Part shown: one piece after another, positions 26,376-38,869 of the stretch
How the letters are laid out: every line of letters begins with the position of its first letter
How positions within the stretch are numbered: position 1 is the first letter of the stretch
Source of the DNA: Chiloscyllium plagiosum
Lineage: Eukaryota
DNA length: 64,000 nt
Direction: 5' to 3'
Assembly: GCF_004010195.1 (NCBI RefSeq)
Contig: NC_057718.1
Span: 45,300,717 to 45,364,716, forward strand
Made by a program: the position numbers and the translations under genes
Notes under the pieces: model-generated
What the model saw: only the letters and a program-made list of their open reading frames with translations
What the model was told of the DNA's origin: nothing
Database searches by the model: none

Positions 26376-29300
26376 ATCATCTTGGAAGTGGAGTCAATTT
26401 TCTCAAGTAAAGGTGTAGCAAATTGGCACAGTATTTTTTTCTGAGTCTTGTGTAAAATGCCTGGTTTCATATCGGAAAGTATCCCACCTGTCTTGACTTG
26501 ATTGACGACCTACCATATAAAGAAAATATTTTTCCTCTAAAGAATTTTGATGAAGAAATATATGATTAGAGAAAATAACCTTATGCATTGTTGTATTCCT
26601 TAAAAAAGATGTAAAATGTTCAGAGACAACATCCTCGACAGGGCCTCCGTGTCATATGCTGTAAAAGATTTGGTGCTGCAGAGAAATCAGCTACTTTGGT
26701 GGTTTTTAAACTATTACATGCAAAATATTTGCACACTTTCATTTCTCAATGAAAAGAAGGAAAATTGAAAGTGCAATTGTGGTGCTGCATAGAAGAGGGG
26801 GGAGGATAGAATTGTATTTTTAGAAGCCACTATTAATATACAAATGCCAAATTATTGTATTAATTCAATGTTATGGCAGGGAAAATGTCACTTTCCTCAT
26901 GAGAGGAGAAAAGTATGAGGAAACATCACTTTGGAGGAGGGGATGACTTTTGGAGAATGTAATTGATGAGATGTGTCTGGAAACATAGGAAATTGAAGTA
27001 CCTTCCACTTTGTTGAAACTTCAGAAACTATAGTTCCTCCAGGTGGTTAGATATCGGACCCGTTCTTTTTGTGGTATCATATGAATGAAAGTTGCACACA
27101 GCACAAATATCACTGAATGTTTACATTTGGTCTCACCGGTTGCTTTTCCAAATTGTCTGTTGCAGGATGACACATTACCTTTAGTTGCTGTTCTGTTTGT
27201 TTTGACTGAAGTGGAATGCTGGACTGTATCCAGAGCAGCATTCCATTAACAGAAGGTACAACAAGAACAGGCACGACACCTGAAACTGGATCGTTTTTCC
27301 CCCTAGGAGAGAGAAATTGTAAAACTGCTCATTGCAGAGACATACAGTAACAGGCATAAGTTAACTGCAACTAGCCATGGACCAAGTTGTGCTACTGGTG
27401 TTATTCGATTAGACTGTTACTTCCTGGCTAAATCTCTGCATACCGATTGGTGTTAACGTTTTTAAGGAGCCAGCTATGCTGTAGCTTTGAGGAGTTTCCT
27501 GTGGAATAACATAATTGCGTTGCTCAGGCAGTTGCTCGCAAGGTGAGAGGTTGCCAGTCCACACCCCTGAGAAGGTATTGAAATTGTTTGCTACAGAATC
27601 TCTGTATTGACATCAGTTTACTAGCATTGCGATCTGCCACAGCATGTGAGGTCCAAGTGCATGAACAGAATTGTTGATTTCTTTGGTGCGGCATGTATTT
27701 TACTTCTGATTTATGTTTTGCATACAAACAGAATTACTTTTGAAGTAACGACATAAATACTTTGTGCAACAGATCAGAATTAAAGCACTGTAATAAAAAG
27801 GCAGATTCCAAACAGAAGGAATCATGTAAATTGCAGCTGCATATACATGTATGTATATTCACTTTTTTGTTTTATTAAAAATCACAAAAGTGTAAGATCT
27901 TTGTCTACAGTGTTACTTCAACCTTTCTATTAGAAATATTTTACTTTCTATGGTTGTGGTATAAGTACAGAAATTACATGCACTATCGAGTACTAATTGG
28001 GAGATTACAATTTGATTTATGTATTTGTTTAGAGGAGTTATTGAAAATTATAACTGTCATGCAGACTATTTATTTTAATGCTCTGGATATTCTGCTTTGT
28101 ATGATATAGTTGCCTGTACCACTGTAATAGAGCATTATGTGCACCAGCAGAGAGATTCTGAAAAATTGTAACACAGATGATTCAAGCCATTATTTACAAG
28201 ACACAAATGTCTTGACATCCTCTGCATTGGTCTGGTCTGAATCTTGATGAAACAGTGTAACATTGATTTTCTGAGCTCTGCTCCTTGATATATTTAATGT
28301 CCAATTTTCTGAATTAACTTTGAAAATTAATTCTTCGGATGTTGCTGGCAAGGAAGAGGATAGAGCCAAAGGTGGCATTGTAGAATTAGTCGTAAATTTC
28401 AAACCAATTAAAGATGGTAAGTCTCTTTCCATAAAGGACCTTTATTAACTGGTTGGCTTTTTACTGTATTTCGATCTCCCTTTCTACATTTTGTTTTCAC
28501 TGAATGCAAATTCTAATATTCCTATCATGGAATTTGAACATTCACTCGTTTTTCAGATTTTTAGGCTAGAGTTCTGGGTTATTAATGACTTTGATTGCTA
28601 CTGCCACTTAGACCAAACTATAACTATGACCTGTCAGTTGGGTGACTTATGGTTCCAGGTTTGCTTTCGCTTAAACAAATATCTTTTTATTGAACTTTCC
28701 CAATTTATTTGACTGATTCAAAATAACAATGGCTTTCGACATTTTAAATGCTGGCTGAAATGCTTCTTACATCGGAATGTAGGAGCAGGCCATTCAGCCT
28801 GTTGGGCCAGCACCACCATTCAGTTAGATTGTGGTTGAACATTACTTGGATGGAATTGAAATTTTTGATAGCTATTTATTGCTTCTGTACATTCACCAAT
28901 CTCTTGTTTCTTTAACAATATTGGCCACTAATTTAAAATATTTACCTTTTTGAAGAGTTAGGATGACCGTTTGAGACAGTTTCATCTGCTCTGAATCCAA
29001 AGACTGTCTGAAAAATTAGTTCAGAAAACATTTAGTTAATAGATCTTTGGATTGAGTTTTCAATATATTTCTCCAGTAAAACACAGCTTTATGTGAATTT
29101 CCAATCACCATTTGAGAACAATTACAACATAGATGCCTTTAGTTAGCACAATTGCCTGTCATTTGTGTTGCTTATATTGTATGCAGACGATGCATTCCTC
29201 TTAAGTTAGAAAACAAAATAAATAACAGATTTGTGGAAATTTAACTTGCCAAAAATGCATGATAAAAAGTGAAAGAATGTCTGTTCATATGATCAAAATC

Positions 29301-31114
29301 AGGATTGATAGACGTTGCTGCCTTATTGGGGTTCTCCATCAAACATTGACATAAATCTGCCAAGGTGCTTAACTACATAATGGTGCTTGGTGTGAAATGC
29401 AGTTTCTGATCAGGACTTGCACATGTGTAGGAAGGGGCAACAGTCTTTACAGCTGTTATTGATTAAATTCGTTATTTTTAAAGGTCAATATAGCCTCCAA
29501 CTTGTGAGTTACTGGCTGCTGAAGAAAGCTCATCTTGTGTGAGACATTGAAAACTATAACCAAGTACTTCCTGCATAATTACATTGGTTTTCCCTGATGA
29601 CTGCTATGTCAACTGCAATTTTTATAATTGGCTTCCTCCAGACGCAGGCAGGGATCCGTAATTACTTATGAAGTTTGGTCCTAAGATGTCATTTGGCCAT
29701 CACAAAGTAGCACGAGTTCTGCCCAAGTCTCCAATCCGCTATTAAAACTGAGACTGTGGCGAGTGTGTAGGGCTTGTGCATCTGCTGAGATCTAGAGAGA
29801 AAAAAAATGGTGGTGCATTACCACTTGAAAATAGGCTCTTGAAATGAGTAGCTCGCCAACATTGCAGAATATAATTGGTGGGCAGCCCATTCCTGATAGA
29901 ATTGCTTTGAAATCGCATCAGGCTTAGTCCAGTGGTTACAATGTTGAAGGATTTGTTTTGCATGCCCAATTTCTACTCAAACTTAACACTATCTTTTGTG
30001 AAATGCTGCACAAGATTCTATGCACGTCTCCAAATTGATCAGAAAGAATGTAGCCTAAATATTTTATTTTCTCTTTCTAATCTCCTTTAAAAAGTTTGAC
30101 TGGTATCCTATCATTGTTTTTTTCCACATCCATGTTCTTTGGACAAGCCATCTGTTCTCCACCGAAATATTTTTAATAAGTGCGGATGCTTGTGCTGTTT
30201 GAGTACTCTGAATTGACAACACAATTTTATATAGTACATTGCAGAGTGCTTGGTTCCAAGTTTGAAATTCCTAGGTGTCTAATGTGCCAACGGCAATGGA
30301 AAAGAAAACCTGTTCTGGGTGTGTTAGAACCAAACCTTCATATTTGAATGAATTGTAGACAAACAAAAAAAAAATCTATGTCTTGATGGCAGTGGATTGA
30401 AAGCATTTTTAATTTGCTGTGCTGATAAAAATTCTGGAGCATCTCAGCAAAATGTACCTCAAATTTTAAGTGAAAGTATTTGTTGTGTCATGTTCTAACT
30501 AAATGTGATGGTTATATAATATGTACAGATGCTCATTAGAGCTCATGTTAGAACATAGTTACATCGTACATACTATGCAGTGAAAGATTCTGTTCACAAA
30601 AACCTTTCTGAAGAGGCTGCATTTTATAGTGTTCAGCTGGGGTAATAAGATTTTTTTTTTAAAGTGTGTGTGTGTATACAGGTATTTAATCTGAAGATGC
30701 TTCTCTGTTCAGAGGGAGTAAGGCAAAATATCCCTTGGATAGGTAATTACAATGCTAGTGAGTTAAGTATTAATACATTTTTCTAGACAATATTTGTAGG
30801 GGTTTTTGTGGAATACTTGAAGTAAGGGAGCTAGAGTTTTTCTTGTTGACAAATGCCTAAATTACAATCTGTCCTGTGAAAAATCTGCCTTTGAGTAATG
30901 TCAATGTGCTATGGAACTTAGTAGTTCATATATTCAGACTGTGTACCATTGTAACTACTTGTTCAACAATGAACATAATCTCAGCTCCAAAACTAAGTAT
31001 TTCAGAGATCAAAGCCTTTGATTTAAATGTATTGGAGGAATGCATAGGTATAATGAACGATTCCACAGTTAAATTTATTCTCAACATTTTTACTGGTATA
31101 TCACAGTTTTGCTA

Positions 31115-31590
31115 CATAGGAGGAGACCATTCAGCCTATCAAGTCTGCGCCAACTCTTCAAATGAGATTCTCACTTAGTGCCATTGCTTACATTATTCTT
31201 CCTGTAATCTTCAAATTTCTTGAATGCATCAATTGAACATGCTTGGACAGTGCCATCCAGATACTCACACACAGTACCTCTTGCATTTTTCAACCATTAC
31301 TTTAAATATGTACCCTCTGTTTCTTAATAATTTCATGAGTGGGAACATTCTTTCCCTAGTTACTGTGACTAAATTGCTCCTAAGTTTGAATACTTTAATC
31401 AGATCTCTGCTCTGTTCTCCTCAAAGAAGAGAAGATTATCTATCTTCATAACTGGCTCCAAAGATGAGAAGCTTCACTGTTGTAAACCTCTACTGCATGT
31501 TCCCTAACAGCTTCATATCCTTTTTGAAAATGCAATGCCTAGAACTGGATGCAGTACAACAGCTGAAGCTGATTTATTATCTTGTCAGTT
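31115..31590 (-). mobile_element. Degraded CR1 3' region
   Basis: CATAGGAGGAGACCATTCAGCC tail-like start; TGTAAACCTCTACTGCA and CTAGAACTGGATGCAGTAC (antisense YCIQF). Confidence 0.6.
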
Positions 31591-32202
31591 CAGCTTAATT
31601 ACCTTGTTATTGATTTTCTAACTTGAATTGGTTGTGTGTAAATCCTGTTCTTCAATTCCCCTGTAAAATGAATTTCTAAAGATATACTACTATTAGTCCA
31701 GGACTAGAAATTTACTACATTGTCTCTACTGAGATTTGACTGTGGATAAAACCAGTCATTTGTCTAAAGGGAGGAAAAATAATCAAAATATTTGCAATTG
31801 TAAAGGTTAGTTCACCCATTTACTTACCATTTTATTTGATGGTTGTTGGTTTTCATTTCCTACTGCTTAATGATGTATATCTAGCTGTGATCAGACGTTG
31901 TTTTGTGAAATAAAATGGAACATAATCACTGCAACAAATTTCATGCAATATGACATTGAAACATGCAACAGAAAACATGCTAAAATGTATTGATATGCCA
32001 CTTAATATGTAATGTTTTCTGTATAAAGTAAATTTATATGGTTTTAGAATTGCAGTGGTAGTTTGCTATATTTGAATCGTACTAGTTTACGAAACATAAT
32101 GCATAGTGCTGCCAACCTGGAGCACAAGATGGCCGTTATTTAAGCTAGCAAATCTAATTGCTGAAAGTAAACATAGCCTGAGGTTAGGTTAATCACTTGT
32201 TG

Positions 32203-32435
32203 CAAAAACAGAAATTGTTGGAGAAACTCGGCAGGTCTGGTAGCATCTGTGGAGAGAAAACAGAGTTATCATTGAGTCCAGTGAACCCCTTCTTCAGAAC
32301 ACTTCTGAAGAAGGGTCAGTGGACCTGAAATGTTCACTCTGCTTTCTCCACAAAGATGCTGCCAGACCTGCTGAGTTTCTCCAGGAATTACTGTTTATGT
32401 TTCTGATTTCCAGCATCCACAGATCTTTGTTTTTG
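32203..32435. mobile_element. Palindromic PLE terminal-repeat element (family B)
   Basis: Roughly 95-bp inverted arms around ~32301 (..CCTTCTTCAGAA CAC TTCTGAAGAAGG..), plus a one-sided extension. Confidence 0.8.
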
Positions 32436-33482
32436 TTGTTTAATTGATTGTTGTATGGTCAAATAATTTTGCAGATTGAAATTGAAGTTTCAGATTGCGC
32501 CTGATATTTTAAAGTTGTCTGTCACCTGTATGAAGTGTGCAAAGTCAAATTGGATGCCATGATGTACTCTAATTTCATTTTAATATATAATCAAACAAAT
32601 GGCAATTTTGTATACAAAGTATCCAATCTAAAAGCCCTAGTTGTAGAATGCAAAGCACAGATTGTAAGATGAGTTTTTGTGTCATGCAGGACAACTATGA
32701 TAAAAGAGTATAAGAATAGAACTTGATAATCATCTTGCATAGTACAGGGCACCCAGCCCAGTTCACCTTGTGAAATCCTCCACATTGTAAGTTTTAGACT
32801 ACAATTTAGAATCAAATCCCATTTTTTATATATGTCTGGCTGGGACTAATTATTCAGGCAACAAAAGACAGTCTAATGAGGTAACTCAGGAATTGTTACT
32901 TAATTTCATAAAGTAACATTTAACAGAGCAGGACTCTTTGGGTGTACTGTGGTTCTTGCTTTCCAGTTTGGCTTAAGATGCAGGGTTGACACAACCTCTG
33001 GTCTGTTCCAATTCCTCTGGGCAGTTCTGCTTTTTAATTGGATAGCAAATTCAAACTAGGTGTGCACCTTTGCACTGGAAGTTACAGTTGCTAACTCTTT
33101 CCACACCACACCCGCAACATGATCAATGACTTTATTGCATTCTGAATGGCCTAGGTGAGACAAAACTCCTTTCTAATTAGGTTAGGAGTGCAGGATCAAT
33201 CTGTAATGGTCCCTTTAAGATGATGTTGTCATCCCCCAACCTATCCTGATAGGTTCCCTTTTGAAGCTCCATTACTCAGGACCACATTTCTCATTTATAG
33301 TCAGTCTCTATTCTTTTATGATTGCTTGCTAAAGTAAAAGATATTTTATGATCTCTTTGCCCATTTGTTTCGGTTACTGAAGTATGTTGTCATGTCCTCA
33401 TGATTGATACTCTGAAGTCATAGTCTCAGGGTTTGCTTAATTAGTGCAAGCCTTTCTTTAAATCAAATTTAAGAAGTCATTT

Positions 33483-33785
33483 GATTAGATTAGATTAGAT
33501 TCCCCTACAGTGTGGAAACAGGCCCTTCGGCCCAACCAATCCACACCGACCCTCCGAAGAGTAACCCACCAAGACCCATTTCCCTCTGACTAATGCAGCT
33601 AACACTATGGGCAATTTAGCAGAGCCAATTCACCTGACCTGCGCATCTTTGGACTATGGGAGGAAACTGGAGCACCCGGAGGAACCCACGCAGACACGGG
33701 GAAAATGTGCAAACTCCACACAGTCACCTGAGGCTGGAATCGAACCTGGGACCCAGTGCTAATCACTGAGCCATTATGCCGCCCC
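33483..33785 (-). mobile_element. HE1/V-type SINE
   Basis: (GATTA)n tail on +, V-domain, tRNA-like head. Confidence 0.92.
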
Positions 33786-35649
33786 AATTGTTAGGCAATT
33801 TTATTTTTGCTGTCTGGAATGGGTTACTTTTCTTTTTAAAACCAAGAACGTAGCAAAAAATGTTGTTTGTAGTCTTAATCCTATAAAACACAATTACAAA
33901 AGTCTACGAAGGACAAATGAAGACAAATTACGAAGTAGATACTACTTAGGTTCTACAAAGTATGTGTAAAGTAATGTTACATAATAAACAATGTATAAAT
34001 GTTGAGGTAGTGAGATGCTATACATTTAGTCACTACATCGACTTAAGTAATAAAAGGATTACAATTACAAATTAAACTATTGTTACAAAGTTAACTCTAA
34101 TACAAAGATTACAATCAGTTAACTGTAACCTCTTCTCTTCTAAAACATTGAATTTAAAACAAAGATAATGCACAATACAGCTGCTACTTACTTTTTCTTG
34201 CCTTATGGCAGTAATACCACTTCTAGCTCTCCTTTTATTGATTACCAAAAACTTGGTGTTTAGATTTAATGGGTTGAGCGCATATGAATGTGAAGCTCTC
34301 AGTGTAGCTCTCTGAAATGAAAATCGGCTAAAATAGGATCTCTTGGCATTTGCCCTGTACTTAACCCATGAGTGTGTTCCTTCTGTTCAAACTCTGTGTA
34401 TTTCTTTGTCAAATTGAGCTAAGTTGAGCCACGTATTACAGTACTAACATCTCCAGGAACAAGTAAGCAAAATATAATAGGTTAATTGATGAGTGTACTT
34501 CAGTTGCATAGTTATAAGTAAAATAAACTAATCGTGAGAACCAATCCCACTAGTAGTCCTCCAACAATAATGATTGGACACGTGTGCCAATATTCGGAGA
34601 GCTGTCCCATGTAGTAATACTGTATCATACCTTTCAACTAATATCCTGGATTCTGCCAATTTTTGTCTGGAAATGTCTTGGCCGACCAGCAAGTTGGACC
34701 ACAACAATTGGTGCCAGAATGGTTTACAACCAGGTGAGTATGGCTTCAGGAATCCTCTACGTTGACTGTAAACCCAATGAAGCCACATGGTATCAGAGCA
34801 AACATCAGTAAGGAAAGCTTCTGTTGTTAACCAACACATGCATGCACATCCAAAAACTGATTAATCATTACTCCTTCATATTGAATATAAATTTAAGGAA
34901 TCACTGATGATGGGAGGGCACAGAATGTACTCTTGGTGGTGAATTTCATACACCATGAATGGCTCAAGATCAGTGCTGTTGACCTAGCCGGTTAAATCCT
35001 GTAAATCTGCTGAACTGGGTCTGCAGTAAATGTTGAGATAACCAACAGGAGGGAAAAATCTACATGATTTCATCTTCTGCAACCTGCCTGTCACAGCTGA
35101 ACCATACAGGACAAGGCCAGTAGCAGTGACCACCATACTTTCCTTGATGAATTTCCATTTTTGCACTGAGATTGCATGCCATTATGTTCTATACAAAAAG
35201 AAAGAATAGGTTTTGAACAGATTTGTGGTTCAAAACTGTGAATCTGAGTTACTATGGACCATGAACAGTGGAATGATTGTTGAATTACAGTCTGTAACCA
35301 CCTGGAGCAGCATGTCCATCACTTTACCATTCCCATCCATTTTCTTTTGAGTTATAAGTTATTTGTTGTAACATTTATATTTAGAAAAATACAGTGGTGT
35401 TTTTTTTATCATAATACAGTCCCATTTTGAGCTACAAAAGAATGAAAAGAAATTACATTAATAGAGTTCATCTTCTGTGCAAGGGATCTTCAAAACCAGC
35501 TCCAGGGCTTTTGCAAGGTGACCCGGGCCTCAAGGAATTCATGCTTCAGGACTACCAGAGTTAGGAGTCCCCGCACTCTGACTTATTCCATTACCAAAAA
35601 TGAGTTGTAACTTGATGAACACAGAATCATGTGCATGCTAAACAGCTGT

Positions 35650-37217
35650 AGTGGATTGTTGTGGACTGAGCCAAGAAATCCCACAATTAATGGACCAGCT
35701 CCGAATTCTGCATTCCTGTCTGGTGCAGCCAGTCATGAGTGGTGATGAATAATTGAATAGTTGATGGAGGAGGTTTCATTAACATCCTTATCCTCAAAAT
35801 TGGAAGTCAGTAAACACCTGACTACTGCATTTTCAGCTGTCTTCAGCCACAACTGCCAAATCAATGATGCATCTCTGCCATCTTCCAACTTCTCTTTCAT
35901 CACAGATACCAGTCTTTATCCAATTCTATTTGCTGCACTTGATCTTAACAAACTGCTAAGCACACTTATTTTGAAAAGACTATCAGTCCTGACAGCAACC
36001 TAGCTGTAAGTGCTGGAGATTTGAATGCCAGAACCAGTTTCCATTTCCAGCTAAGCTGTTCCAGTACACTACAACACTGGCATCTAGACAGCAAAGTGGA
36101 AAATCACCAACTTCTATCCTAGCCACAAAAAAAAGGGCAAATCCAAAATGGCCAATTTCTGCCCCATCAGTCTACTCAGTCATCAAGAAGGCAGTGGAAG
36201 GTGTTATTGACACAGTTGTTTAGGACCAGGAACTTAGTGATAATTTGCTCATCATTGCTCATTTTGGATTCTGCCTAGACCACAGGATTGCAGACCTTGA
36301 AAATACTTTGGTCCAAACATTGAAAAAGGAGCTTAATTCCATAGATAAGTGAGATTGGAGTGTCTGCCCAGGATAAAGTGAGGACTGCAGATGCTGGAGT
36401 ACCAGAGTTGAAAAATGTGGTGCTGGAAAAACACAGCAGGCCAGGCAGCATCCAAGGAGCAGGAGAATCGACGTTTCGGGCATAAGCCCTTCTTCAGGAA
36501 GCCCTTCTTCAATGGTACTACTATTGTTGAATTTCCACATCATCAACATCTGGAGTTCACTGTTGACTTGGAACTTGGCTGACTAGCCACATAAACAGAG
36601 TCATAGAGATGTACAGCATGGAAACAGACCCTTCGGTCCAACCCTCATCCCTGAAGAAGGGCTTATGCCCGAAACGTCGATTCTCCTGCTCCTCCGATGC
36701 TGCCTGGCCTGCTGTGTCTGCCCAGGATGTCAAGGCAATATTTGACCCCAATGGGGCAATGAGGAGACCTTGTAAAATTGAAGTCAATGAGAATCACCAA
36801 GGAAAATTTCTCAACTGGTTGGAATTATAGCCAATACAAAAACAATTCTGGTTGTTACAGGTCAATCATCTCAATCCCAGGACATCACGCTGAGGAACTT
36901 TATGCAGTTGGTGACCGAGATTCAATCAGCTTATTTTCTTCCATCAATGATTTCTCAGTCACAATTTCAGAGTGTTTGGTTCCATTTACAACTTCTCAGA
37001 CACTGAAGCAGTCTGTACAGAAATGTAACACATTCTAGTTTGGGCTGGCAAGTGACCAATTACATTTGTATTGCAGAAATGCCTAGTCATGACCATTTTC
37101 ATTGAGGGAATATAACCATTTCCCTTGATGTTCAATGGTATTACTATTGTTGAATTACCACATCAACATCTGGAGTTCACTGTTGACTTGGAACTTAGCT
37201 GACGAGCCACATAAACA
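35650..37217 (+). mobile_element. Old CR1/L2-group LINE RT remnant, interrupted at 36375-36713
   Basis: Remnants of AKLFQY..NTGI...WKI...P.HKK..KS..ANFCPISLLS. Confidence 0.75.
36375..36713. mobile_element. Palindromic PLE terminal-repeat insertion (family A) with 15-bp TSD and captured local DNA
   Basis: GTGTCTGCCCAGGAT at 36360-36374 and 36714-36728; inverted arms enclose a copy of 37131-37264. Confidence 0.9.
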
Positions 37218-38005
37218 AAGTCATAGAGATGTACAGCATGGAAACAGACCCTTCGGTCCAACCCGTCCATGCCGACCAGATATCCCAACCCAATCTAGTC
37301 CCACCTGCCAGCATCTGGCCCATATCCCTCCAAACCCTTCCTATTCATATACCCATCCAAATGCCTCTTAAATGCTGCAATTGTATCAGCCTCCACCACG
37401 TACCACCCTCTGCGTGAAAAAGTTTCCCCTTAGGTCACTTTTTTTTTATCTTTCCCCTCTCACCCTAAACCTATGCCCTCTAGTTCTGGACTCCCCTACC
37501 CCAGGGAAAAGACTCCGTCTATTTATCCTATCCAAGTCCCTCATAATTTTGTAAACCTCTATAAGGTCACTCCTCCGCTTCCGACGCTCCAGGGAAAACA
37601 GCCCCAGCCTGTTCAGCCTCTCCCTATAGCTCAAATCCTCCAACCCTGGCAACATCCTTGTAAATCTTTTCTGAATCCTTTCAAGTTTCACAACATCTTT
37701 CCAATAGGAAGAAGACCAGAATTGCACGCAATATTTCAACAGCGGTCTAACCAATGTCCTGTACAGCTGCAACATGACCTCCCAACTCCTGTACTCAGTA
37801 TTCTGACCAATAAAGGAAAGCAAACCAAACGCTGCATTCACTATCCTATCTACCTGTGACTCTACTTTCAAGGAGCTATGACCCTGCACTCTAAGGTCTC
37901 TTTGTTCAGCAACACTCCCTAGGGCCTTCCTGACCTGCTGCGCTTTTCCAGCAACACATTTCCATTATGTGTATAAGCCCTGCTAAGATTTGCTTTCCCA
38001 AAATG
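37218..38005 (-). mobile_element. Young 5'-truncated CR1 LINE
   Basis: 147-aa ORF 37446-37889 is closely similar to the 13199 copy. Confidence 0.95.
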
Positions 38006-38009
38006 GTCA

Positions 38010-38400
38010 GAGGCACTTAGTGTGCATGAATCTTGGAGAGGCACAAGTTGAGAAAGGACCTGATAGAGATTTATACGATTGAGAGACATGGTGTTGATAG
38101 GAAAGCATTTTTTCTATTAGTAGAGAGTTAATAATCAGAGGGTATGGATTTAGAGTAAGATGTAGAAGGCTTAGAGTTCAGAAATACTTTCACTGAGGGT
38201 GGTGAGAGGCTAGAACTCACTGCTTGAAAACGTGGTTGAATCAGAAACACTTTCAACATTTACGCAGCACTTAGATCTTCACTTGTGTTGCCATACCCTC
38301 CAGCACTATAGGCCAAAAACTGGAAAACGGGATTAGTGTGTTCAGATCTTTTGGTAACCAGCATGGACATGATGGGCCAAAGGGCCACCACCTGAGCTAT
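38010..38400 (+). mobile_element. Older CR1 3' end
   Basis: DLIEIY motif (GACCTGATAGAGATTTAT) and tail GGACATGATGGGCCAAAGGGCC. Confidence 0.7.
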
Positions 38401-38869
38401 CAAATCGGAGTTAATAATCTAATGCCATACCATTGTTGGCAATTGAAGATTTGCAGACAGAAAATAATTCCTGATAAATCATTTATTCAAGCTAGCTTAC
38501 CCCAAATTCATTAAATACACAATAGTATTTTAAAAATCCTTTGATGGTATTGTAACATTTCTCAACATCTAACAGGACTTTATAATGGACTTCTTATAGC
38601 TTTATGATATGCAGTTAATATGATAGGTTACTAGAATGCATAAAGAATGTGGGTTAAGAATGGAACATGTTTACACAGGAATGTGCTTTATAACCCTAGT
38701 TAATGGATCGGTTTTGAATCATTTAAAATCTTGCCCTACTGTTAATATCAACATTAAACCAGTCTACTACCTTTTGGCTCTGACTACAACCAATACATCA
38801 GATCTAAGCTTAGCACCCCTGCCACCTCCGGTTGTGAGTGGTGGTAGACAATTTAAATAAATAACTAAC

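Noticed and set aside
34528..34839. Overlapping ORFs with a strong donor CAG|GTGAGT after 34733
   Set aside because: No recognisable protein and no clear acceptor; a lone donor match is expected by chance.
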